The notes under the pieces: generated by a model | What the model saw: only the letters and a program-made list of their open reading frames with translations | Databases searched by the model: none | Told to the model about the DNA's origin: nothing | Shown here: positions 1 through 9,110 of the stretch, piece after piece | How positions within the stretch are numbered: the first letter of the stretch is position 1 | Layout: every line of letters begins with the position of its first letter | Position numbers and translations under genes: made by a program | Source: Escherichia phage phiE142 | Sequence record: NC_055709.1 | Length of the DNA stretch: 64,000 bases | Strand: one strand, 5' to 3'

Positions 1-153
1 GATGTTCATGATATCAGAGAAGATTTGTTGTTCAACATCTTCTTGATTTGCAGTCATTGACCACTCACAGAGGTCTTTATCATAACCTGCTGTAACTGGA
101 GCTGGTGCACATGATACTGCGAGTAAGATTGCTGCCAATGATAACTTTTTCAT
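1..153 (-). CDS. 5' part of a secreted/lipoprotein-like protein (MKKLSLAAILLAVSC...), possibly Spackle-like; continues past window start
   Basis: rc ATG at 151-153 with AAGGAG SD upstream; signal peptide with Cys; open to position 1. Confidence 0.5.
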   Translation of the reverse strand, partial: MKKLSLAAILLAVSCAPAPVTAGYDKDLCEWSMTANQEDVEQQIFSDIMNI

Positions 154-216
154 TTTAACTCCTTAGTTGATTTAATAGGACTACTATACTATAGTCCATC
201 TATAATGTAAATAAGT

Positions 217-465
217 TTATTCTTTTTCGCGAATAATAATTACTTGTTGGGGCTGCTGAGCAGATTTCTTTTCGGCAACGATAGACCAAATTAAAGTTCC
301 AATCCAACCAACCATCGTCCAGTTAAAGAGTAAAGATACAAAGAAGATTGCTGTTGTGCTTTTTGTGCCACGAATAAGTGCGATTACCCAAGGCAACATG
401 TAAATGATGATTGAACCAATACCTGCGATTAAAACTGCTACTGAACTAGCTACGAATAATTCCAT
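217..465 (-). CDS. small inner-membrane protein (2 TM helices), 82 aa
   Basis: track ORF, ATG verified; hydrophobic segments; operon packing. Confidence 0.5.
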   Translation of the reverse strand: MELFVASSVAVLIAGIGSIIIYMLPWVIALIRGTKSTTAIFFVSLLFNWTMVGWIGTLIWSIVAEKKSAQQPQQVIIIREKE

Positions 466-526
466 GTTAATTTCCTCTTGATTTGTTATGTTTATAATAT
501 CTTGTTTTAACTTTGGCGTAAACCAA

Positions 527-895
527 TTAATTAAATTTGTTTAAACGTTCAATACACTGGACATAGTTATTCGCGATTTGTTTCTGGGAAGGCTCTTTAC
601 CAGTTGTTTCAACATAGCGAATGAATGCGATTTCAGTAGCCTGTAAGCAATGTTCTTTAACGCGTTGTTCTTTTGACAATGCTACAGTATCAGAATCACG
701 ATAACGTTGAGCATGGGCATCAGCTTGAATCATTCGATTACCTACAGTAACCGGGTCTTCCACTTCAACTTTAGGTTGGTCATACTGTTTAACATTCGGA
801 TTGTAAATCAATTGGCCAACGTTATTAGGGATAAAGCCATGGGCACCACATCCGGTTAATCCAAATACCATTGCTAAAGCGATTAATTTTTTCAT
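527..895 (-). CDS. lipoprotein (lipobox LTGC), 122 aa
   Basis: MKKLIALAMVFGLTGC signal/lipobox; ATG verified. Confidence 0.55.
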   Translation of the reverse strand: MKKLIALAMVFGLTGCGAHGFIPNNVGQLIYNPNVKQYDQPKVEVEDPVTVGNRMIQADAHAQRYRDSDTVALSKEQRVKEHCLQATEIAFIRYVETTGKEPSQKQIANNYVQCIERLNKFN

Positions 896-967
896 TTCAA
901 TTTCCTCTGTAGTTGATAGAAAGATAGTAACACAGTATGTAGTGCTTGTAAACAGCTATTTTTAAAA

Positions 968-1156
968 TTATCGAAAATCAGCTTCAAAAACTTTCTCGTC
1001 ATTAACAAATGCTTTAACTAATGCTTTGTTCACTTCAGCAAGTTGTACCGTAACCCACTCGATTTCTTCACGGTCACCTGATAACATGATATCTTTAGTG
1101 AACATCTCACCGCTTTTAAACCAACCGATAAAAGTAACTTTAGTTAATTTGCTCAT
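968..1156 (-). CDS. hypothetical protein, 62 aa
   Basis: track ORF, ATG verified, 4-nt overlap with upstream gene. Confidence 0.4.
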   Translation of the reverse strand: MSKLTKVTFIGWFKSGEMFTKDIMLSGDREEIEWVTVQLAEVNKALVKAFVNDEKVFEADFR

Positions 1157-1470
1157 ATTTCCTCACAGAACGCCCATTCAGCATGATAAACTGTAGCACC
1201 TTTAGTATTATTCATTTGAACTACGTCTACCGGAGAAATTACTCGATAGAGACGTGGTTCACCTCCATAAGAGCGTGCTGCTCGTCCTGCATAAATCTTT
1301 GCTAAACCGATATCTTCAGTAAAGAATACACGATTCAAGTTTTTCTTACGTCCGGTTTCAGACAGAACTCCTGTTTCTTCAGGAGGACAAAGCATGTTTT
1401 CGATGTTAGCTGAACTACTTGAACCGTGATAAAAAATCTTAAATTCTGCTTTACAATCGATGGTTTTCAT
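1153..1470 (-). CDS. hypothetical protein, 105 aa, with Y-H-G-S motif (possible minimal ADP-ribosyltransferase-like fold)
   Basis: ATG verified; PeSL promoter directly upstream; FYHGSSS motif by eye only. Confidence 0.45.
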   Translation of the reverse strand: MKTIDCKAEFKIFYHGSSSSANIENMLCPPEETGVLSETGRKKNLNRVFFTEDIGLAKIYAGRAARSYGGEPRLYRVISPVDVVQMNNTKGATVYHAEWAFCEEI

Positions 1471-1474
1471 TTTG

Positions 1475-1525
1475 TTCTCCAGTAGTTGATAGGTCTATAA
1501 TAACACAACTACTGGAGAAGTAAAC
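1475..1525 (-). promoter_or_regulatory. early promoter stem-loop cassette (PeSL-like): GTTTAC -35, extended -10 in loop of perfect 14-bp inverted repeat
   Basis: TTCTCCAGTAGTTG / CAACTACTGGAGAA arms flank the -10; 3' arm carries SD of downstream gene. Confidence 0.6.
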
Positions 1526-1900
1526 TTAAAAACGTAATTTAGATATATCTGCGTTGATTTCGTTTTGGTTTGCGTCGTATGCAATTAAACGAACCGCTTT
1601 AGATGGGTCATTCAATGCATAGAAATGATGGAACATTGCTCGAACGATATCACCATTTACGAGTTCTACCTGGATAGGAGAACCTTTTTCGAGTTGGAAA
1701 TGTTCATAAGCTTTAATGGTTCGCAGATAATCAAGTTTTTGATTTCCGGCTCCAACGATTTGTACGATACGTTTGCCCATGTTTTCCATACGAGATACAA
1801 TAGTTTTAGGAGCAAGAATAACGTAGGTTGCCAGCGGAGAAACTACTTCAACAGTTGTGTTTTCGGTGATTGCAGTAAAAATTGCTTGAGACATATTCAT
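1526..1900 (-). CDS. hypothetical protein, 124 aa
   Basis: ATG verified with AAGAGGA SD; early promoter upstream. Confidence 0.5.
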   Translation of the reverse strand: MNMSQAIFTAITENTTVEVVSPLATYVILAPKTIVSRMENMGKRIVQIVGAGNQKLDYLRTIKAYEHFQLEKGSPIQVELVNGDIVRAMFHHFYALNDPSKAVRLIAYDANQNEINADISKLRF

Positions 1901-1924
1901 AATGTTTTCCTCTTGGTTGGTGTA

Positions 1925-1959
1925 AGTACATCATATCATGACTAGAGGAAGATGTAAAC
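1925..1959 (-). promoter_or_regulatory. early promoter (GTTTAC -35, 17-nt spacer, ATATGAT -10)
   Basis: upstream of 1526-1900. Confidence 0.4.
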
Positions 1960-1966
1960 CCCGAAA

Positions 1967-1990
1967 GGAGACCGAAGTCTCCTTTTTATT
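1967..1990. terminator. GGAGAC-CGAA-GTCTCC hairpin with T-run, immediately after gene 41
   Basis: 6-bp GC stem with tetraloop; T-run is on plus strand so orientation ambiguous. Confidence 0.45.
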
Positions 1991-3431
1991 AAAATTTTAA
2001 CTCATTGGCTAAGCTATCTAGGTCAGCACGTGTTGCTTTGGCTTTACCTACGCGTTCCGTACGATTCACCTCTGCCTGACGCATCTGAGCACCTGCGTTT
2101 TCATTTACCGTGTTAGGTGTGTTCATGCCTTCTTGCTCAATCTCAACCCATTTCTGATTGCCTTTACGTACACCCATCAGGAATTTATTCCACTTATTCT
2201 TATCACCATATCGTGATTTGATTTGTTTGATAAGTTGTTGTTCAGCTTGTGCAAGTTCTTCGGTTTCAATTACAGCCAACATGAAATCTGCCGTTGCTGG
2301 TAAACCTGCTGATTCTGCAATATCGCTCATGTTCATGTCTGAAGCATCCCATGCTGCACGTCCTACTTGAGCTGCAGTCCATAGAACTGTTTCAGATTCT
2401 ACTGCTAATGCACGAAGTTCTTCTGCGATAGCTTTAACTAATGTGTAACTATTTTCAGTGTAAACTCTGATACGACAAGACCCACAAATACCTAAGTAAT
2501 CGACTATGATTACAGACGGCACAAAGTTCTTCTTGAGTTTCAATTCATTAAGCAATGCACGGAATGTATTAGCATTAGCTCCACCAGTAGGATACTGTTT
2601 GACTACTAAACGTCCTAATGTTGATTTTGAACGCCATTTTTCCATCTTGGCTTTATATTCAGCATAAGATACGTTACCATCATCGATATCATCGAGTGAT
2701 ACGTCAAGCATGTTTGCATCTATACGCTTAGCACAAACTTCTTCAGCCATTTCCATGGAAATATAAAGAACATTATGTCCTGTTTGAAGATAATCTGCAG
2801 CAAGTGAACAAAGGCCTAAAGATTTACCAACGTTAACACCGGCCATTAAAACGTTCAGTGTACCTGTTTCAGCACCACCTTTGGTGATTTTATTCAGAAT
2901 GTTTAATTTGAACGGGACCTTACGTGCTTTATTTAGATAAGAAAGCCAGCGTGCTTCATAGTCTTCCATCCAGTCATGACCAACATAACTATCAAACGAA
3001 ATTGAAAGTGCTTGACGCATAATATCAGGAATAGCTCCTACGTCAGGCATTTTCTTGTTACGTTGTTCTGGAGGTAGTTCGGCATTAGTCTGAATCTCAA
3101 TGATTTTGGACGTGGCATTATACATCGCTTTTTGCTGGACATATTTCTCAGTTTCTTTAACCAACCATTCGTGGTCTTCAGGAGTATCAGCCAATTTTTC
3201 AATTAGGTCTGAAGTTCCTTTATACTCTACTTCGGTTAAAGAACTGTTATCTAAAGCCACCTTTAATGCATTAATGGATGGCATTGCGTTATATTCGTTA
3301 ACGTGGTTCTTTATAATTTTAAAGACATTTTTTGCCGGTCCACGCTCAAAATACTCAGAATCCATATAAGGCCAGACCTTAGAAAAATAAGCCTGGTCAT
3401 ATACGAGATGAGACAAAATAATTTCTACCAC
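1989..3431 (-). CDS. 41: gp41 replicative DNA helicase (DnaB family)
   Basis: N-terminus MVEIILSH as in T4 gp41; Walker A GVNVGKS; GTG start codon. Confidence 0.95.
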   Translation of the reverse strand: MVEIILSHLVYDQAYFSKVWPYMDSEYFERGPAKNVFKIIKNHVNEYNAMPSINALKVALDNSSLTEVEYKGTSDLIEKLADTPEDHEWLVKETEKYVQQKAMYNATSKIIEIQTNAELPPEQRNKKMPDVGAIPDIMRQALSISFDSYVGHDWMEDYEARWLSYLNKARKVPFKLNILNKITKGGAETGTLNVLMAGVNVGKSLGLCSLAADYLQTGHNVLYISMEMAEEVCAKRIDANMLDVSLDDIDDGNVSYAEYKAKMEKWRSKSTLGRLVVKQYPTGGANANTFRALLNELKLKKNFVPSVIIVDYLGICGSCRIRVYTENSYTLVKAIAEELRALAVESETVLWTAAQVGRAAWDASDMNMSDIAESAGLPATADFMLAVIETEELAQAEQQLIKQIKSRYGDKNKWNKFLMGVRKGNQKWVEIEQEGMNTPNTVNENAGAQMRQAEVNRTERVGKAKATRADLDSLANELKF

Positions 3432-3440
3432 GATAACTCC

Positions 3441-3782
3441 TTAAAAGAATTTAAATTTTTTCTTGGTTCGTTCATTAAAAGCTTGTTGTACCTGCATTGT
3501 AACACATTTTTCAACATGTGGTGCAAGTTCTGCTTTTCTGTCCTGGTCAAGAACTGCAAAGTCCATTACGATTTTACCATCAACCCAGTCTAGTTTTGTA
3601 ATATAGACTATATGATGAGAACCGTCTTCAAGTGTAATCAGAATCTCTTGAATGACATTTTCCATTGCTGAACGGATAATTTTAAGAGATTCATTAAACA
3701 CTCGTTCTTTGCGAATGTCTTCCCCTTCCGAAGAAGGGGATTCATCAACGATTTCTAGATTTAAATCATCGAGATTATTCAT
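3441..3782 (-). CDS. 40: gp40 head vertex assembly chaperone
   Basis: position between uvsX and 41; track start is TTG, trimmed to ATG at 3782 just after uvsX stop. Confidence 0.7.
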   Translation of the reverse strand: MNNLDDLNLEIVDESPSSEGEDIRKERVFNESLKIIRSAMENVIQEILITLEDGSHHIVYITKLDWVDGKIVMDFAVLDQDRKAELAPHVEKCVTMQVQQAFNERTKKKFKFF

Positions 3783-4947
3783 CGAAATCTTCCATTTCGT
3801 CAAGGTCGTTTTCTATATCTGCTGCAGATGGAGCATCAGAAGTTTTAACCGGAACTTTAGTTGTTGCTTTGCAATTAATAAGGTCATTAACAGCGTCATC
3901 AACTTCTTTAATAGAAGAGATAGCACCTAGTTTATATTTAGTTTCAATTGCGTCACGAAAAGGTTTGTGTTTAAACAACGGACCCCAGAATTCTACACAA
4001 TCAGTAGCTTTAGCACGCCACGATTTCTCTTCACGAATCATTTCACCTGTTTCTTCGTCAAGGAATTCACGAGCATACCAACCAGCTTTAGGCTTAACAA
4101 CAAATCCAATTTCAGTTGCCATTTCTAACAAGCCACTGAATGGATCAATACCACCATCAAAATTAACTGTGATTGGGAAAGTAGATTTCTCTTTAACTGT
4201 ACGAGATTTTTCTGCTTTCAACGTGAAGTCATAACCGGTCAATTCTGTACCTTCTTTAACCTGACGTTTAGAGATAAAGAATACAGTGTTAGCAGAGTAA
4301 AGAATACCTGTACCACCACCCATAATCTCTTTAGGATATAGTCCGCCGATTTCCATTGCTGTATGGTTGATTGCAACACATGGAATATCTTTAATAGTCA
4401 GATACGGGGTCACAATACGGAAAAGAGATTTAAGTGCCTTAGCACGAGACATATCACCTACGACTTTCTCGTTCAACGCATCTTCGGTTTCTTTCTTAGA
4501 TGCAGTATTACCGATTGAATCGATAAAGATAATAACTTTATCACCGCGTTCAATTGCATCAAGCTGATTAGTCATATCAACTTTAAGTTGTTCGACAGAT
4601 TGAATCGGAGTATGAACTACACGGTCTAAATCAACACCCATTGAACGAAAATAAGATTCTGAAGCACCAAATTCTGAGTCATAGAACAAACAGATTGCAT
4701 CTTTATATTTCTTCATATAAGCTGCAACCATAGTTAGTCCAAACAATGTTTTAAAATGTTTAGAAGGTGCAGCAAAAATAGTCAAGCCTGATTGCAATCC
4801 TGCATTCAGAGCACCACCTAGTGCAATATTCAACATCGGAATACGAGTAGGGACTTCATCACGATTATTAAACAGCTTAGACTTAGTCAAGTCTGCAGTC
4901 ATTTTAGAAGTAGAAGCTTTAATCAGACGAGATTTTAAATCAGACAT
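3775..4947 (-). CDS. uvsX: UvsX RecA-like recombinase
   Basis: 390 aa RecA-fold sequence, T4 UvsX-like N-terminus; ATG verified. Confidence 0.95.
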   Translation of the reverse strand: MSDLKSRLIKASTSKMTADLTKSKLFNNRDEVPTRIPMLNIALGGALNAGLQSGLTIFAAPSKHFKTLFGLTMVAAYMKKYKDAICLFYDSEFGASESYFRSMGVDLDRVVHTPIQSVEQLKVDMTNQLDAIERGDKVIIFIDSIGNTASKKETEDALNEKVVGDMSRAKALKSLFRIVTPYLTIKDIPCVAINHTAMEIGGLYPKEIMGGGTGILYSANTVFFISKRQVKEGTELTGYDFTLKAEKSRTVKEKSTFPITVNFDGGIDPFSGLLEMATEIGFVVKPKAGWYAREFLDEETGEMIREEKSWRAKATDCVEFWGPLFKHKPFRDAIETKYKLGAISSIKEVDDAVNDLINCKATTKVPVKTSDAPSAADIENDLDEMEDFDE

Positions 4948-5046
4948 TGTATTTTTCCATAGGCATCATTATATTTTACTCATGTTTAAAAGATAAGATG
5001 ATTATATACTAATGATTATACAGCATTTAAAACTTTAAACAGGCTC

Positions 5047-5595
5047 TTAACGAGCCCATTTGATGATTTCTGTAATCAAATCATTACGTTCGCTTGCATT
5101 AAATCCTATAACTTTGTTAGCACCATCATGATTAAGTAATTGATACGTTTGGATTTTGTTATGAATTGCAAACTCTTCAAAATGTGAAATGACTGTATTA
5201 AAACCGAATGAAGACAAAGTAATAAGGTCGTCTTCAAAACTTTCAGTCATTTCGTTACGTGTTAAAATAATTGTGAACACGTCATGGTTTTGGCAAAGAC
5301 GAACATAATCCTGCTCATAAACATCAAGAACCGAGTCAGCATCTTGTCGAATACGTCCATAAACCCAGTTACTAATATATCCACGGTCTAACAGATAAAT
5401 CTTAGTAGGGTCTAAATAATTCAACATCGTTTCGAAACAGCCAACTTCATTTCGAGACTTAACATCGAAACGTCCATCAACTGTTCGTTTAGGGAAATCA
5501 ATCTTTACATATCTTTCACTAATTTCCATTATGTCATTAATGAAAGTTGTTTTACCAGCATTATCCGGGCCATCTACTAAAATAATTTTAGCCAT
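5047..5595 (-). CDS. P-loop nucleotide kinase-like protein (thymidylate-kinase-like)
   Basis: Walker A GPDNAGKTT and DRGY motif; sits in the T4 beta-gt slot. Confidence 0.55.
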   Translation of the reverse strand: MAKIILVDGPDNAGKTTFINDIMEISERYVKIDFPKRTVDGRFDVKSRNEVGCFETMLNYLDPTKIYLLDRGYISNWVYGRIRQDADSVLDVYEQDYVRLCQNHDVFTIILTRNEMTESFEDDLITLSSFGFNTVISHFEEFAIHNKIQTYQLLNHDGANKVIGFNASERNDLITEIIKWAR

Positions 5596-5596
5596 T

Positions 5597-6496
5597 TTAT
5601 TCCTCGATTACGACATCTTCGTATTTAGGTATATTATACGGCGAAGAAATTAAAGCATTAAAGTAGATGAACTCACCAAGACCTGGATGGAATACTTCTT
5701 CAGGATTTTCGAAATATTGAATCTTCGGACGTCCTTTAAGAATTTGGTAGTACTCAGTTTTAGTTGGTTTAAAAATTCTAATCAGCGCTTCTTCAGGATA
5801 CTTATTTCTGTCGAAGCTATTATTTGGATCGGTTATATAAAGCGGTTGACCTAATTGAATTGCACATTCAACCACTTGTTCAAAATGATAACACGGATCA
5901 CTAATTCGAAATGGATGAAAAATACCATCTACATGAATAGGAGCCAAATCACCTACAAGACGCTGCATGATGGAAGGACGTATAACTTTCTGCGTTACGA
6001 TAATCTTATTATCATCTGCGCCAGCGTTAACCAGCACTTCCTTTTGACGTTTATTCAACACAGTTGTTTGGATTGAACGATTAACCGACAACATGTCGGT
6101 TTTTAAGAATTCGTCAATATAAAAACGTGGTTTATTAGGGTCTGCAGTGATATTGAAATTGAATTCTACATCAAAAGCGCCGTCATATCCAGTGATATCT
6201 GTGATTAGAAAATCACAATCATAATAAGCAATTAATGAATCAACCACAAATTCATTTTCAGACCAGAAATATTTACGGGTGTTATACGCGTTATCTTTAT
6301 ACCATAATGGAACAAACTTAAATTCTGGAAAAAGACGTTCGCATTCTTTAATATCAGATGCATTACGTGGATATGTAATCACATCACCCGGATTAGCACG
6401 GTGCAAATGAAGTTGGAAGTTGCCATCCTTAAGGATAGCATACTGTCCAGTTTCATAAGACCGCATACTCAAGATAGGTACGCGGAAAATAGCCAT
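5597..6496 (-). CDS. hypothetical 299-aa protein, candidate glycosyl/arabinosyl-transferase
   Basis: occupies beta-gt position between uvsX and 42; acidic D-x-D-like motifs; function inferred from context. Confidence 0.45.
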   Translation of the reverse strand: MAIFRVPILSMRSYETGQYAILKDGNFQLHLHRANPGDVITYPRNASDIKECERLFPEFKFVPLWYKDNAYNTRKYFWSENEFVVDSLIAYYDCDFLITDITGYDGAFDVEFNFNITADPNKPRFYIDEFLKTDMLSVNRSIQTTVLNKRQKEVLVNAGADDNKIIVTQKVIRPSIMQRLVGDLAPIHVDGIFHPFRISDPCYHFEQVVECAIQLGQPLYITDPNNSFDRNKYPEEALIRIFKPTKTEYYQILKGRPKIQYFENPEEVFHPGLGEFIYFNALISSPYNIPKYEDVVIEE

Positions 6497-7212
6497 TAGT
6501 CAAGGAATCCTTTAACATAATCAAAATCACGTTCAAACACATGGGCACTTACCATGGTATGAGTATAATCACCAACTTCTACACCGCATTCGTTAGCGAT
6601 ATAATGAAGTAATTTTCCTTGGAGATAAAAATCCAACTGCATAACAACAGCACAGTTCTGAGAACGCATATGACAGTGGGTATAAAGCTTACCATCACGA
6701 ATATAATAAGTCACTGAGTCAGTACATGGATATTCAAGCGTTTCATCCGAATCAAGCAAAGCCTGATCAGAACTTTCTAGAATTTGGAACACAACTCTTC
6801 GAGAGTTAGGCTTCTCTTTAAGTTCTTTTAGAAGAGCTGGTAATTGGGCCGCAATGCGAGGACCATAGAAAGTGTTGAAGTTCGCCGGCAAAACATCTGA
6901 TTTTGGTTTAGAAATAAATTTAGCGACATTAGGATATGCCTTAAACGCTTCTTCTGCGTTGGTACCACCAGAAATCATAAACTTCCAGAAGTCTTCGGCA
7001 TATTCATAAGAGATGCGGTTAATACGTGGGTCGGTCATTTTGAATGATGATGGAGTGTCAACAACTACTGTCATAGACCCAATTTCATTACAACGTCCAA
7101 TACGAGAATCAGTTACGAATTCCGGGTTTTCTAAAATTTCACGATTGACTGCTTTAAATGCGGTTTGAAAATCTGCGGCTTTGATATATTTCATTGTGTT
7201 ATGTTTTCCCAT
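6496..7212 (-). CDS. 42: gp42 dCMP hydroxymethylase (thymidylate synthase family)
   Basis: C-terminal region PCTDSVTYYIRDG...HMRSQNCAVV resembles T4 gp42 active-site region. Confidence 0.85.
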   Translation of the reverse strand: MGKHNTMKYIKAADFQTAFKAVNREILENPEFVTDSRIGRCNEIGSMTVVVDTPSSFKMTDPRINRISYEYAEDFWKFMISGGTNAEEAFKAYPNVAKFISKPKSDVLPANFNTFYGPRIAAQLPALLKELKEKPNSRRVVFQILESSDQALLDSDETLEYPCTDSVTYYIRDGKLYTHCHMRSQNCAVVMQLDFYLQGKLLHYIANECGVEVGDYTHTMVSAHVFERDFDYVKGFLD

Positions 7213-7254
7213 GTTTACCTCAATACAATTTATTATATACTCAATTCGTAAAGC

Positions 7255-7494
7255 TTATTTGAATTTCTTGACAATGTTGATATAACGTAAAGCTTCAGCA
7301 TCGATACTTCCAAGAACACTATGAAGAAATGCATCAGCGTAGTATTCCAATTGAACAGGTTCTTTAATCACTTTAGCCGCTTTAGTTTCAAAAAGGCCCA
7401 TCAGGGCCTTTTTAAGAATTTGTTCATTAGTGTTCAGTTTCATAGTCAAAATCTCTTCATTAAGTTGGTGGTTAAAAGTTTTTCTAGAAATCAT
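7255..7494 (-). CDS. hypothetical protein, 79 aa
   Basis: track ORF, ATG verified. Confidence 0.4.
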   Translation of the reverse strand: MISRKTFNHQLNEEILTMKLNTNEQILKKALMGLFETKAAKVIKEPVQLEYYADAFLHSVLGSIDAEALRYINIVKKFK

Positions 7495-8651
7495 TCCGGG
7501 TATCTCAAAGCGTCATCAGAGTTAGTTATATCAATAATAGATATAGAGTTTTCTGCTAACCCGTTTTTAGATAATTGACGTTTATAATATCTTTCACAAT
7601 ATGTACACGTCGTCCCGCAGATTTCATTAGCACAATCGAAATCTGGATGTCTGAACCACCTTTTTTCTAAAAAGCCATCTAACAAAGAGGTTTCAATATT
7701 TACTGTATGTGAAAACTCAGTCTCATTTTCAAGAGTGAAAATAGTCTCTAAAGGCTTCCACAGTTCTAACAAATTACCTTCAAACTTTTCAGAAGCGTAT
7801 GCTTCAAGAACTTTCAAAATGTAGTCTGTGCTACCTGTACGTCCTGAAACTTTGAATTGAGTGATACCAATATCATTATAAAGTTTCAAATCTTGAGGAC
7901 GAACAAAACGAGTTCTCAACCAGTTAAATGGGTCTGTATCACGAGCTTTAATACAGTGCTGCATAGGATATCCGTTTAAGGATTTAGCATCATCAGCGGT
8001 AACATCAGTACTATGGAAAATATAGCAAGAGTCACGATAGCTACAATGTGTTGTATACCCTTTACCAGCATTAGAACAGAACTCATTTACAAGAACTTCA
8101 AATATTATATTGTTCTTATTGCAAAACTCTGCTGCACGCTTCAGGAAAGAAACTGAACGGTTCTTATGAATTCCACAGCAGACCTTTTTGATATTATACT
8201 GGTCATGCAAGTATTTGATTTGAGTTACAGCATCGACATGTAGAATTGTTGAAACTTCAATCTCAATGTCTTTATTGACTTCACGAACAATTTCCATAAC
8301 AACAGGGTTAGCGATAGTAATACGCCATACGCCTATTGACCAAAGATACTGAACATAATCCTGAATAGCTTTCTTCTTCCACTCAACTAGTTCTCTTTTT
8401 GAACCAGGATTTATCGTGTTGAGTGTATAGTTAAAGCAAATACCTAATTCGTTACAACGTTTAACGTAATCTTCTAACATCTTTTTGTCAACGTCAGGAA
8501 GCCTAAAATCAGGTCTGGCTGCTACAAAAGCCATTTCTCTTGTAGAGCCATATACTTCGTTTATCAAGCTATTAGGATAAGTTTTATTGAGCTCTACGAT
8601 TTTATCGAGAAGAGCTAAATCAAAATTCGTTCCGATTTTAAAAGTATTCAT
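7491..8651 (-). CDS. Cys-rich 386-aa protein of unknown function (possibly TIM-barrel/peptidase-U32-like); candidate modification enzyme or transferase
   Basis: track start is GTG, trimmed to ATG at 8651; Cys clusters; no confident family assignment. Confidence 0.5.
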   Translation of the reverse strand: MNTFKIGTNFDLALLDKIVELNKTYPNSLINEVYGSTREMAFVAARPDFRLPDVDKKMLEDYVKRCNELGICFNYTLNTINPGSKRELVEWKKKAIQDYVQYLWSIGVWRITIANPVVMEIVREVNKDIEIEVSTILHVDAVTQIKYLHDQYNIKKVCCGIHKNRSVSFLKRAAEFCNKNNIIFEVLVNEFCSNAGKGYTTHCSYRDSCYIFHSTDVTADDAKSLNGYPMQHCIKARDTDPFNWLRTRFVRPQDLKLYNDIGITQFKVSGRTGSTDYILKVLEAYASEKFEGNLLELWKPLETIFTLENETEFSHTVNIETSLLDGFLEKRWFRHPDFDCANEICGTTCTYCERYYKRQLSKNGLAENSISIIDITNSDDALRYPE

Positions 8652-8708
8652 TTTTTTGCATCTCACGTTAATTGATGCGATGGTTTTTTGCAGGTCTTAC
8701 TTAAATTA

Positions 8709-9110
8709 TTATAGATTCGGTTTATATGATTTAAATGTTTCGAATTCGCCTTTATTCATAAGAGCTTTGAATTCGTCAGGACGCATAGCTTTGTCGTCGA
8801 TAATCCAATCATATACTGGTTTATGTGTTAGCAAATTATGGTACTTCAAGCCAATGTTTGCCAAGTTCTGAATCAGACTTGGGAGAATGTCAATTGCTAT
8901 ACGACCAGGACCTACTGACTTCATACCGCGAGCAGTGTAAAGCGTTATGGTATGCCCTGCATCATACAGGGCATTAATGGCAGTCACCATTTCGACGTCC
9001 GGTTTGAAGTTCACGTAATCACGATTGTTATTCCACTCTGTTATACAATCATCGACGTCAAAACAAAGATTAAGCATGTTTTCTACACGGTGCATTAGAT
9101 TCGTTCCCAT
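8709..9110 (-). CDS. small HAD-like phosphatase
   Basis: motifs FDVDD, ITLYTARG, KP, IIDDK consistent with HAD motifs I-IV. Confidence 0.55.
   Translation of the reverse strand: MGTNLMHRVENMLNLCFDVDDCITEWNNNRDYVNFKPDVEMVTAINALYDAGHTITLYTARGMKSVGPGRIAIDILPSLIQNLANIGLKYHNLLTHKPVYDWIIDDKAMRPDEFKALMNKGEFETFKSYKPNL

Noticed and set aside
1625-1945. Plus-strand 106-aa ORF
   Set aside because: Antisense to the better-supported minus-strand gene 1526-1900; implausible composition
7491-8651. Assignment of the Cys-rich 386-aa protein as alpha- or beta-glucosyltransferase
   Set aside because: No resemblance to the T4 glucosyltransferase sequences I can recall, and the neighbouring genes point to a pentose pathway; left as an unassigned enzyme
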